Positions 53,276 through 64,000 of a stretch of DNA of 64,000 nucleotides are shown here, one piece after another. A model generated the notes under the pieces. It had not been told where the DNA came from and made no database searches. It worked only from the letters and a program-made list of their open reading frames with translations. Source of the stretch: Prasinococcaceae sp. CCMP 1430 (Eukaryota; Plantae; Prasinodermophyta). The DNA is taken from assembly GCA_013416795.1 (NCBI GenBank), contig RQSC01000028.1, positions 586,043 through 650,042 on the forward strand, given 5' to 3'. Position 1 is the first letter of the stretch. Each line of letters starts with the position of its first letter. The translations under genes were made by a program, and so were the position numbers.

Positions 53276-54960
53276 TCACATTGCGGTCGCCTCTTGCACG
53301 CGGTAGGCCTATTCGCGGTCGTGTGTGTGCGCGCGTTCGTGTGCCCATGTGCGTTTGCATGGGAGAGCGTGGGTGTGGGTTGGTGTGCACGCGTGCGTGC
53401 GGACGTGTGCACGCACGCGCGCGCGCGCGCGTGGCCAAACGCGTGAAGAACCGCGGCGCGAATGCATCAGCGCTCTCTGTTTCCGGCGTGCGAGCATCTG
53501 CGCGCGCGCCCAGGCTCGCGCGCGACGCGCGCGAGCGCGCCACGCGCACCTTCTTGGCCAAGCCGTAAGCGAGCTCGTAGACAACCTCTTTGGCTTCCTC
53601 CATGTCCATGGCGCCGTCGTCCACCATGCCCGCCGCCCAGCCAGACACCGCGCGGCGCCACAGCGCATGGCGCGCGGGGATGCTTGGGAACGCCCGCGTG
53701 TCATCGTTGAAGCCCGCGAGGCTGTACACGCCCGCGCTCTCGGTCACTCGGTCTAAGTAGCGGCGCATGCCGTTGCGCGAGTCGTGGAACCACCACGGAG
53801 GGCCCAGCTTGAGCGCGGGATACGCCCCCGCGAGCGGCGCCAGCTCGCGCGCGTAGGCGTCCTCATCGAGCGTAAAGATGATGATCGTCATGTTCGGATG
53901 CGAGCCGAACTCGGCGAGCAGCGGCCGCAGCGCGCGCACGAACTCCTGCGCGCGTGGCACGTCGCCGCCCGAGTCGGGGCCGAACGTGTCTCGCAGCGCC
54001 GCGTCGTGGTCGCGATAGACGCCGCAGTGCAGCTGCATGACGAGGCCATCCTGGGCGCTCATGCGCGCCATCTCGAAGAGCATATGGCCCTCGAAGGCGG
54101 CCGCGCCCTCCGGCGCCACCCTCCCCTCCAGCGCCTGCGCGAACGTCATGCGTGCCGCGAGCGTGCTGAGCGGCGCGATGGGTGTTGCGCCCAGGTCGTT
54201 CACGCCGTGGTCTGTGGCCAGCGCACCGGCGTCGACGAATGCGCGCCGCCGCTGCCTGAGCGCCACAAGGAAGCTGTCGTAGTCAGAAACCTCCACGCCG
54301 CTCACTGCGTTGAGCTGCTGCAGCAGCCCCAGGAAGCCCGGAGCGCCCACTTTGAAGAGCGCGTCTGGGCGCAGCGTGGGCACCACGCGCGCGCTGACAC
54401 CCGGGGCGCGCGCGATGGCCGCATGCGCGGCGAGGTCGCTCGTGGCCGCGTCGGTGGTGGATAGGAGTTCCACGTTGAACGACGCGAGCAGCGACCGCGG
54501 CGCGGCCGCCGGCGCGGCCAGCGCGTCGACGAGAAAGTCGTACGACGCGTCGGCGTTGTGCGCGCCCAGCGGCCAGTCTGCCCAGCCGAAGACGCTCTCG
54601 AGGCTATCTCGCAGCCACAGCGCCGTGGGCGTGCCGCGCAGCACGTGCGCGTGCGTGCAGAACGTACGCCAAGCCGAGCGGTCGTCCGCGACGGCCAGTT
54701 TCGTGCCTTCGCGCGCGCGCGGCCCGCGCGGCTCCACGCCGAGCGCCTGGGCCGACACGCGCGCCTGCGAGCGCATCAGGCGCAGCAGGTAGTGGTCGGG
54801 CTTCACGAAGAGCTCGGTGGGCGTCCTCCACCTGAACATCTCATCGGCCAGGACGGCCGGATCGACGTGCCCGTGCGGGCAGACGAGCGGTAGCGCTTCC
54901 ACGGACGCGTAGAGCTCGGCCGCAAGCGCCAGCCGCGCGGAGCCGCCGGCGCCCCCCAGG
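53276..54960 (-). CDS. uxaC: Uronate (glucuronate/galacturonate) isomerase, bacterial type; intron 53549-53309; ORF open upstream to 55490, true start unresolved
   Basis: LPLVCPHGHVDP, PDHYLLRLM, PTLRPD, ATDHG, MQLHCG, GPPWWFHDS, GFNDDTRAFPSIPARH, LAYGLAKK|AYRV. Confidence 0.93.
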
Positions 54961-55633
54961 TAGCGCAGCTCCCGTCGCGAGCTGGCCGGCGCCGGCGCTG
55001 GCGCCGTCTCTGGCGCGGCGTCCGCCTCGCCGCAGAGCGCCGCTGCCGCTGGAGTTTCTTGAACCTCGAGCGGCACGCGCGCGCTTCCTTCGGGTCGGCG
55101 CGCACCCGCAGCCCATGCCGCGCGTGCGCGCGCGCCGCGCGCACCGCGCGGCGCGCGACGGCGATCGGATCGGCCAGGAAGAGAAGGGGGAAGAGGGGGG
55201 GGGAGGAAGTCGTCCCCTCCGCCGCCACGCCGTGTGTGGCGCCCACCCCCACCTCCCACACCCACACCTCCCTCACACGCGCCTCCCCTGCAAGCTCCGT
55301 AACGGCCAGCAGCAGCACCCCACTCAATTAAAATGCTGCTCTGAACGAACCCCGGATTCGATCCGCGCTTGCCCCCCTCCACGCCGAGGCTCCTGCGAAG
55401 GCGCGAGCCAAAAACACCGGTAGTTTGATCCAGAAATCGCAGCGGGCGCGCACCGCTGCGGGCGTACACGCAGTGGCGTGAGCATATCATCGCCTAGATA
55501 TGAACCCTACATATAAACCCAAAACATGCGAGTGACCCCTAACTGCGCGGCCCGGGGCCGTTCCCCCGGTGGGCGCGCGCGCTGCGAGCGACCGCGGGCG
55601 AGGTGGGTGGGGGGTGGGAGAGCGGAGCGCGGA

Positions 55634-55774
55634 CGCGGGCGCGTGTTGTGTGCCTGTCTGTGCGCCCGCCGGCGCGAGCGCAGGCGTGCGCGGGCGCGGG
55701 CCACTCGTCCGCGCCCGCGCACGCCTGCGCTCGCGCCGGCGGGCGCACAGACAGGCACACAACGCGCGCCCGCG
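55634..55774. repeat. Inverted repeat / hairpin: 66-bp arms (one G.T mismatch), 9-nt loop
   Basis: 55634-55699 pairs base by base with 55709-55774; 55645-55699/55709-55763 is perfect. Confidence 0.95.
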
Positions 55775-55798
55775 CGCCCGCGCGAGAGCGCCGCCGCG

Positions 55799-58135
55799 AT
55801 GGCGGCCGACGATGCGGTCACGCGCGACCGGTACGGCTTCGTGGTGTCCCCGGCCCAAGTGGGGCAGTTCCGCGAGCACGCGCCGCTCTACCTGCGCGAG
55901 GAGGAGGAGCGCGGCCCGCGGTGGGACGCCTTCCTGGCGCGCGCCGCCGACGCGCTGCGCAAACAGGCAGCAGGCACGGCGGACGCGGGCGCGGCGGACG
56001 CCGGCGCCGCCGAGAGCGACATCGACGTTGTCGTGCGGGCCCTGGAGGACCCCGCCGCCTCGCTGGGCGGTGGGTGCGAAGGGGACGCCGCGTCCCCCTC
56101 CGCGCGCGCGGACCTCGAGAGCGAGCTGCGCGTGCTCGTGCGCGGCGGCATTCCAATGCACCTACGCGGCGCGCTGTGGGGTGCCTTCACCCGAGCGCGC
56201 GGGAGGGCCTTGCTCGCGCGTGGGGGCAGGGACAACGACGAGCACTCGGAGGGGCAGGCAGAGGGGCAAGCGCAGCGGTGTGCGGGCGGCAGGGACGCGC
56301 AACCGCAGGCGACGCCGACACGCAGCGTGGCAGCGCCTGCGGCCGGCGAATGCGCGGGCGCAAATGTGGCGGGCACGCCTGCGACCCCCACGGCGCAGCT
56401 CACGAGCGTCCTTGGGGCAAGCAGCCCCTTCGTGAGCCCCGCGACGCGCGCCAAGCGCGCCACCGCCGGACAGGTCGAGAAGGATGTGCGCCGGTCCTTG
56501 CCATGCCATCCGGTCACGGAGCACGAGGCTGGCGCCGAGGCGCTGCGCAGCGTGCTGCTGGCATACGCCGAGCACAACCCATCGACAGGCTACTGCCAGG
56601 GCATGAACTTCGTGGCGGCGCTGCTGCTGTTGTTCCTTGACGAGGCGGACGCGCTGGACGCGCTCGTGTGCCTGGTGGATGGCGTGCTCGAGGGCTATTT
56701 TACCGACGACCTCGAGGGAATGCAGTGCGACGCGGGCGTCGTGCGCGAGTTGCTGCACTCGCACTACGCTGCCGCGGCTGCACGGCTGGACGCACTGGGC
56801 GTCGACGTGGCGTGTGTTGTCCCCCAGTGGCTCATGTGTGCCTTCGTGAATTCGCTGCCCTGGGAGACGACGTTGCGCTTGTGGGACGTGCTGCTCTACG
56901 AGCAGGACCGCACAGTGCTCTTCCGGGCGAGCCTCGCACTTTTTGAACCGCATGCTCGCGCGCTCTCGCGCGCGCAATCCTCCGGCGACGCGCTCACCAC
57001 GCTCATGGGCATGGCTCCCGCGGCATTCGACGCCTCGGAGCTCGTAGCGCATGCCATGGCGCTGCGTCTTGATGGGGCGGCGCTCGTGATCCTGCGCGCA
57101 GAGGCGGCCGAGCGCGTGGCGGCGCAGATGGCTGCGCGCCACGAGATGGTGCGCGTCGACGAGCAGCACATTCGCATCGAGGCATCGGGCGACGCAAGTG
57201 AGCGTGAATGTGCGGGGGGCGATGGGGCAGGCGAGTCGCCCGGCGGCGGCGGTGAGGGCGCTGAAGCGCGCGCGGAGGGAAGCGGCCGCGTACGTGGAGG
57301 CAACGCGGGTGGGTGTGCGGACGGCGGCGAGCAAGTACCTGGTGGAGACGTGCTGGCGCTGAGCAGCGAGCTGCGGGCGGCGACGCTGCAGCTTGGCCAG
57401 CTGCGGGGAGAGATGTCCGACGCCCGCGTTGGCTCCGCGCGCGCTGAGCGACGCAGCCGCGCCTTGCGCGAAGAGCTTGACGCGCGCGCGGCGTCCGAGG
57501 CAGCGCTGCGCGCGGAGCTCGCGCGCAAGGATGAGGAGTGCGCACACGCAGCCGAGGAGCGCGCACACCTCGCCGCGCTTGTGGCGCTTCTGTCGGAGGA
57601 GTGCGCGGCACTCGCCGCGCGGAACGGTGAACTCTGCGCTGCTGCGGGCGCGCTGGGCGTCGACCCAGCTCTGCTTGGCCCGTGTGAGCTCCCCCGTTCG
57701 CCAGCACCCGCGGCTGCGCGTTCGCACACGCTCAACGCACGCGTGCGCGGCTTGGACTCAGCGCCTCCATCGCGTGGCGCTGAACGCGATGGCCGCGGCG
57801 CCGGCAGAGGTGGTGGCGGCGGCAGCTCTGGCGCGGACGCCTCGCCCGCAGAGAGCGTTCTTGAGGCGGCTCCACAGGTGCGCCTGTCCCTCTCGCTGAC
57901 GTCACACCAAGATGCCGGCGGGGCCAGCTGTGAAGGAGCCGGCGCGCCCGCTGGCGCGAGCGAGGATGGGCGAGCGAAACAACCCGCACACGCTGCGGAG
58001 CTGCACAAGCGCTCCTATTCGGAGGACCCCTCGTCGCTGCGCGTGGCGCGCGCGGGAGACGGCGGTGATGGCAGCGGGGAAGGCGAGGGCGGCGGCAGGA
58101 TCTCACGCGCGCTGCGAAACTTTTGGCGGCGCTGA
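55799..58135 (+). CDS. TBC-domain Rab GTPase-activating protein with a C-terminal coiled coil
   Basis: RDRYGF, VRGGIPMHLRGALW, QVEKDVRRS, GYCQGMNFVAA, QWLMCAFVNSLP...RLWD. Confidence 0.93.
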   Translation: MAADDAVTRDRYGFVVSPAQVGQFREHAPLYLREEEERGPRWDAFLARAADALRKQAAGTADAGAADAGAAESDIDVVVRALEDPAASLGGGCEGDAASPSARADLESELRVLVRGGIPMHLRGALWGAFTRARGRALLARGGRDNDEHSEGQAEGQAQRCAGGRDAQPQATPTRSVAAPAAGECAGANVAGTPATPTAQLTSVLGASSPFVSPATRAKRATAGQVEKDVRRSLPCHPVTEHEAGAEALRSVLLAYAEHNPSTGYCQGMNFVAALLLLFLDEADALDALVCLVDGVLEGYFTDDLEGMQCDAGVVRELLHSHYAAAAARLDALGVDVACVVPQWLMCAFVNSLPWETTLRLWDVLLYEQDRTVLFRASLALFEPHARALSRAQSSGDALTTLMGMAPAAFDASELVAHAMALRLDGAALVILRAEAAERVAAQMAARHEMVRVDEQHIRIEASGDASERECAGGDGAGESPGGGGEGAEARAEGSGRVRGGNAGGCADGGEQVPGGDVLALSSELRAATLQLGQLRGEMSDARVGSARAERRSRALREELDARAASEAALRAELARKDEECAHAAEERAHLAALVALLSEECAALAARNGELCAAAGALGVDPALLGPCELPRSPAPAAARSHTLNARVRGLDSAPPSRGAERDGRGAGRGGGGGSSGADASPAESVLEAAPQVRLSLSLTSHQDAGGASCEGAGAPAGASEDGRAKQPAHAAELHKRSYSEDPSSLRVARAGDGGDGSGEGEGGGRISRALRNFWRR

Positions 58136-58211
58136 GCCGATGGACGGAGTCAAGTAATCTGTATCTTATCCCGGGGCACACGCTGAGCATGAGCAGGGCC
58201 GCCAAAGTCCG

Positions 58212-61200
58212 TCACGACAGGTCAAAGGAACCTTGTCCGTTGTGAATGGCGTACATCAGCCTCTCGCGCATGGCGGCCTTCGTGCTGTATGGCGGCATCT
58301 TGAGGTAGTTAGCGCACGTCATAACACTCGGCAGATCGCCCGTGAGTAGCATCTGCTTGCTGACGGCCGGCGAGGGCGAGTTGTTGGGCGTGTTTCCGGC
58401 CTCGCCAGAAACGTGTTTGCGCACGACGGTTAGGCGCGGCGAAAGGGCCGCAAGGCCACCTGGTGGCAGGCGAGGTGCGCCAGTCACGAAGCGCAGGAAT
58501 GCCCGCTGGTCGTCGGCGCCGAGCTCCGACAGGATCTCCACGAGGAAGCCGCAAGGGGCGCTGGCGGCCGTGTAGCCGTGGTCAAACTTGATGTGCTCCA
58601 CAAGCATGGCCTTCGCCCAGCGCTCAGTGCAGCCGCACACCAGTTCGTTGATCTCCTCAGCGCTGAACGGCGCGAGCGTGCGCATGTCGAAGACCTTGGC
58701 CATGCCCTCGCAGAAGGCGGCCACCTGCTGCTCGACGCCCGCGCCGACAGTCGCGTCCTTGACGGCGACCAGGTAGGACCTTAGTTCTGCGGGCCCAACG
58801 CCCGTGCCCTGCGCGACCCCGCCGCCGAGCTCCGCGTCTCGGTACCCCGGCACAGCCCATTCAATGCAGAGGTCTTCGATGGTAGCACCGTCAACTGCGA
58901 GTGCCTTGGCCTCGCTATGCCTTCCCTGCGACTGCAGAGCGTCGTATTCGTCTACATAGGCGCCCAGCTTCGCGAGCGTGGCCGCTAGCGCAGGGTCCAC
59001 ATCCGATACACGAACGTCCGCAGCACGCCCGCCATCGGTCGCGCGCGCGAGGGCCAGGTCCCAGAAGGCGGGCGACAGGTGCATGTCCATGAGCCGCCCG
59101 TCCTGCAGCGCCTTCCCGACCGACGAGCCCAGGAGCCTAAAATGCTTGAGTGCGCGCTCCCTGCGCGACGCCTTGGTTGCCAGAGGGCGCGGGAACAGGC
59201 CGCAATTCGCGCGCACCATCTCAGCTTCTGGTGCGCCCTTGCCCTGCTTGCTCGCAACGGCGCCATCCGTGTCCATGTCGTTCTGGGCGCTGGGCACATC
59301 CCCATCGTCGCGCCAGAGCTTGAGCTTCCTCTCCTGCAGTGAGTGGCCCAACAACGTGTAGAACTCCAGCGTCGGCCCAAGACCCGTGCCGACCTCTTGG
59401 AAGTACTCGATTTCAAGCGTTGCCGTCGAGCCCGCGCACATATCCATGACTTTAAATGCGCTGGCCATGATATCGCCACGCGAGAGTCGCACTTTCTGCC
59501 GCTGCAGCCGCGCCACGCGTGGTTCCCCACGCTGCGTGTGCCGCGAACCGCCCCCGTTGCCGCGCTCCGCCGTGCCGCTGTCGACGCCCTGCTGCTGCAG
59601 CCGTTGCAGAGCACGCGGCAGGCCGAAGGACGTGCCGTAAAAGAATTGCCTTCGCACCTCAAAGGTGAAGAGAAACGGGCACGCCTGCATCAGCTGTGCG
59701 CACCACTCTGGCAGACCAGCGCTGAGCACGAGCGCGTCCTGGAGCTGTCGGGAGAGTTTGCTGCTGAGCTTTGTGCTCGTGAAACGCGCCGCGAGATGCG
59801 CAGGGAAATCGCCCCCAAGGCCGCGAGCCGCCAGGGTCTCGTGCGCTTGCAGCCAAAGGCGTCGCAACACAAGCAGGGCATCGTAGCCTGGCGTGCACTT
59901 CGCCAGCGAGCACGGGAGTGCGTCCGATGAGTGGGCGTGGCTGCCGGTGCAGCCGACGGCGGTCACACCTTTCGATTCGGGGCGCTCGGCATCCCCAGCA
60001 CCCGCGTCCGAATCGGTGGCGCGCCTGTATGAGATACTATGAACCGTGTCCCAGAGCCGCCGCTGCTGCGAGGGCTGACCTCCGGTTTCGGCATTCCTCT
60101 CAGCGAGCGCGCCGTTGAGGGCCGAAATGATCGTCATGCCCGTTGGCACGTCCCTTCCATCGATGGAGAAGACGAAATGCTGCTCACTGGCCTTGCCCTT
60201 GCCGTCTTTCGACCCGCCGGCCGCAGCCGCTGCGTATGATGCCGCCGCACGCTTGCGCTCGCCCGCAGAGCCGCCCGCGTCGGCTTCGCCGCCACCGGTG
60301 GGCGACGGCGGCCTCTCGACGCCGGGATCGGGCGCACCAGCTGATTCTCCGCCGTCGCTCTCCCTTCCGCCATCCGTGCCCGGGTCGATGTCCTTCACAG
60401 GCTCCGCCATGGGAACTTCCTCCTCGTGTTCATAGTCATCCAAGTCATGCGCGTAGTCGTCCTCGTCGATGTCGTCCATCGAGTCGTCCTCGTCGAGAGG
60501 TGGAGGATCCTCATCTGCGTCCATGGCGTCGGCTTCCTCCGCCGGCGGGGGGCTGCCGCCCACGTCGCCGCGCAGTGCGCGGGTGAGGGCGGAGGCACGC
60601 GCGCCCTTGGCGCCATCATGAGGAGCGGCAGCGTCCGGAGCATCCTCCAAAGCCTTGTCCTTGCCTTTCGAAGGCGCGTCTGTATCCACCTTCGCTGCTG
60701 CCTTGGTCATCGAGCGTGTCATGCGGCCAGCGGGCTCATCGGCGCGCTTGCCCTTACCCTTGGCTGCGTCTGCCTCCGCGCGCCCCGGCGCGGGAGCAGG
60801 CACGTCGGGGCGTTGTACACGAGGCCACAGGAAGTCCTCCACGGACTGGAGCGTCTCAAGTGGCTCGATGAGCACGACGTTGCCAGAGTAGTCGCGCAGA
60901 GAGCGCTCGCCGGATGCGCGGCACAGCCGTAGCTTGATCGGATGCGCCAGTGCGGAGAGCGATCCGGCGATTCCGCTGCTCGCGCCCGGCGGCGGCGTGC
61001 TCTGCACAACCGGAAGGCGCTCGAGCACGTTGTACGCTTGGCAGAGTTTGCCGACGAGCTCGTGCAGCCCGCTCGATACGCCTGAGCCGGGAGGCATAGC
61101 CACGGACACAAAATCACGAAGGCGGCGCGATGCCCAGTCGCCCTTTTCGGAGTTGCTCAGAGTATCGGGAAGGCCGCCGAAGGTGAAGTGACGCTTGAGG

Positions 61201-63799
61201 GCCTCGATGGTTCCAGACCCGAGGAGCTCAAACGTTGAGGCACCCTCGTCCTCGGTGAGCACGAGTACTAATTTTCCGAGCAAGGCCGCATCGTTCACGG
61301 CTGCAGCTTCGAGATCGGCGTTGGCCGGGGCCCCAGGCGCGGAGCTCAACTGACTGCAGAGCTCCTTGAGCTGGCGAAGGCCCTTGGTCGCGCCAGAGTT
61401 GCAATCGTCCGCAGCGTCCGTCGATGCTGCAAAGTGCGCGATCTTCAGTTCGCGCGCGCGCTGCCCGAGCTTCAGGGTCGATCTAATCGACGTTGGTCGC
61501 GGCGAGCGCGGGCCGCGCGCGCGCGCGCCCTCGTCTGCGTCACCTTCGTCCGCGTCGGCCTCGGGAGACATGAGACGATCGAGCTGGTGCACGACGCCTT
61601 CCTTCATAAAGTACTTGCGGAAAATGTCAGGCAACTTCTCCAGGAGCTGCTCGGCGATTATCAGCGCCGCCATCGCGACCTCCTTGTCCTCGTTGCCCAG
61701 CAAGCCCGCGAGGAACGACGATATTGGCGACGTGCGCAGCAGGACCTCGAGATTTGCAGGCGTGCTGTAGTACAGCAGCTTCCAGAGCGACAGCATGCAC
61801 TTGTGTCGAACGGCCGAGTTGGACGAGTGCTCGTGCACATGAATGAGCGTGCCGTACAGCGTGGTGGCGTAGCTCGTGATGAGCTCGCTGTCAGCCTCGA
61901 GCTTCGCCTCGAATGCCAGCATGGCTTCGCTGCGCACGCACTCAGGCGCGGCACTGCGCACGCGCTCAGCCACAGGCGAGTCGTCCATTTGGGCGTCGCC
62001 CTCCTCCTTCGCAGCGGTCTGCCTTGTCACGCGCCCAGTCGGCGAGCTCGGGGTGCACGCCTCCGGACCGCGCGTCACAGCCTCTGGCAGTGAAGGGAGC
62101 AAAGCGCTCACGAGATTGAGCAGCTCGTACTGCTGATCAGACGAGCGCGCGTACGGGCTGCCAGGCGATGGCACTGCAGTCGCGACGCACGTCAACACGC
62201 CGTTCGCAATCTTGTGCGCCCCGCGTTCCAACAGCTTGGACGCGATTTCGGGGCTGGCGTTGGCACCAGTTCCAATCGCGCGGACAAGCGCCGTGTACGT
62301 CGGAGGCGACAGCTTCACGGGTACGGTATCGGCCCCCGAGCTGCCCGCTGAAAGCAGCGAGAGCGAGTTCTCCACCAAGCTATCGCCGAAGAGCGTGCGC
62401 ATGCGGTCCGCGTTGTGCGACCAGCTGTCGGCGATGCGCGATACACACACGCACGCGTGCTCGACCAACTTGGTGTCCTGGTACTGCAGAATGTTCGTCA
62501 GGTTGGGGATCACCTCGGCGACCATGTCGGCAGAGGCCGGCGAAAGCTGCCTGCAGATGTTTGCGGCGGTCGAGAGCGCCACGCGCTGTACACCCGTAGA
62601 GAAGAAGTCCAGGTACGAGAGCACCGCCATGAGGCCGCCAGCGCGCAGCACCGGCGCGGGATGCTCTTTCGAGAGCTTCTCGAGCGCCTCGAGACACTGC
62701 TCCGCGAGGTCGATGTACTCGATGGTGAGGAGGCGCGTGCAAAACGAGTTCAAGGCACCGTAGTGCACGACGGCGTGGCAGCTCGATGGCAGCACGTCCA
62801 TGAGATGCGTGAGGGCCCTTGCAGCGAGGAGCATCATGTCTGGGTTGTGCTCTGCGTTCATGAGGTTCACGAGCACTGGGACGAACGAGTCCGTGCTAAA
62901 AGTCGCGAGGTTCTCCTCGTTGGCCATCGCCAGCAGCTCGCAAAGCTCATTGAGGGCCTCCATCTGGGTGGTGTCGTCCCCTTCCGCCTTCAATCCTTGC
63001 AAGATGCCCTTGAACCGCGAGGAGTTTGCGCCTATCCCTGGGATGAGGTCCTCGAGCCCGGCACCCAGCCTGCGCAGCAGGCCGTGGAGCGCGCCCGCGC
63101 CGCCGCCCGCACCCGCGCCGTCCTCATCAGTGTCCACGTCGCCGCGCCCGCGGCCCTCGAGGACCTCACGCAGCGCACGCTCCGCGTCAGCCATTGCCGC
63201 CGCAGCAGCAGAGGCCGAGTTGCGCCCCTCGCCCCCGTCGCCCGCCCCCCCGCCCGACGCGCCCGCGCGTGGGTTGTCGTCGCCGTCCATTGCCGCGTGC
63301 CTCGATGCGCGCGTGCCGCGCCGCTTCTCGGCCGATTGCGCGTATCCAGCCGGTTGCGCGAGCGAGCGCTTGAGCCCGCGACCGCCCTTTGCGGCAGGCT
63401 GCTCCGCCTCCTTCTGTTTTCCTGCACTCCTCGGGGTGGGATTGGTCTTGGCGACCTGCAGCTTGCCCTTGGCGGCGGCCGCGGCTGCACCGACGGCACC
63501 CTGCGCTGCCGCGGCCCTGTCCTTCTTGTCTGAATCGGGCGCAGTCCTGTGGCGCCGGCGCAGGGCGTGCGCGCGTGCGCGATCGAGGGAATCGGGAAAA
63601 GCCCCGTCGCGGCTTTCCGAGTCAGACAGGCGCAGCGAGCTTTGGTGTTCCGGGGCGCGGCGCACGCACCGCGCGCTCGCCGGCCACGTGCGTCGCCCTT
63701 CGGCGCGCTTCGACTCACCTCTTGTGGTCTGTGCCCGGGTCGGTGGTTCTCCGAGCGGTGCTACGCCTCGCGCGTGCTTTGGCAGCCCCGCCCGCCATG
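58212..63799 (-). CDS. UPL3: HECT E3 ubiquitin ligase UPL3/KAKTUS (TRIP12/UFD4 family); intron 63718-63547
   Basis: ARM region LLTIEYIDLAEQCL, RLQRQKVR, EVGTGLGPTLEFY, FLRFVTGAPRLPPGG, LPSVMTCANYLKMPPY, QGSFDLS*; GTGAGT donor and CAG acceptor join ATG 63799 in frame. Confidence 0.96.
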
Positions 63800-64000
63800 C
63801 ACGAGTGCCTGGACGCGTGCCGGCTTCCTCCTCGGGGTAGCGGCGCGCAGCTGCCTCCCCGAGCGCCTGGGCGAATTTCCGGCCGCGCGCGTCGCTGCGG
63901 CCCTCCCCAGCGCCTCCGCCCTTTGCCCCGCGGACGGATCCCCCGCGAGCGGCGCCCCTGCCGCCCCGGGGCGCGCGCCCCGCCCGCCCCTTCCCCGCTC

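Noticed and set aside
53217-55490. uxaC as bacterial contamination or part of an operon
   Set aside because: It has a spliceosomal intron, host-like composition and eukaryotic neighbours, and no other hexuronate genes are adjacent
17713-63799. A dedicated proteostasis gene cluster (RING, PUB, FKBP, RME-8, PIH1, UPL3)
   Set aside because: Such genes are common, are interspersed with unrelated metabolic genes, and show no shared motif; chance is sufficient

Overview
Eukaryotic, very GC-rich, gene-dense nuclear DNA with short spliceosomal introns (mostly GTGCG(C/T)...CTGAC...CAG, rich in (CG)n). The gene set (plant-type arogenate dehydrogenase, CDSP32-like thioredoxin, UPL3-like HECT ligase, RME-8/GRV2, PPR-SMR, RHIP1-like) points to a green alga, probably prasinophyte-grade; this is an inference. 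About 28 protein-coding loci or fragments are supported. Two N-gaps (35327-35769, 50161-50646) hide the 5' ends of RME-8 and the PPR gene and most of SHMT. No rRNA, tRNA or CRISPR was seen. Most long ORFs in the track are GC-driven shadow frames. The most unusual items are: (1) a 3-kb scrambled fold-back mosaic of CRE-like non-LTR retrotransposon pieces with in-frame captured ankyrin repeats; (2) a bacterial-type uronate isomerase (uxaC) with a spliceosomal intron just before its conserved C-terminal AYxV motif; (3) a 66-bp near-perfect hairpin in the divergent uxaC/TBC spacer; (4) an atypical, giant-virus-like kinase head-to-head with a dual-specificity phosphatase; (5) a possible spliced SAP-domain/alpha-beta-hydrolase fusion; and (6) a CDSP32-like protein with HPEC in place of CGPC. 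All family calls come from motif recognition only; no searches were run.
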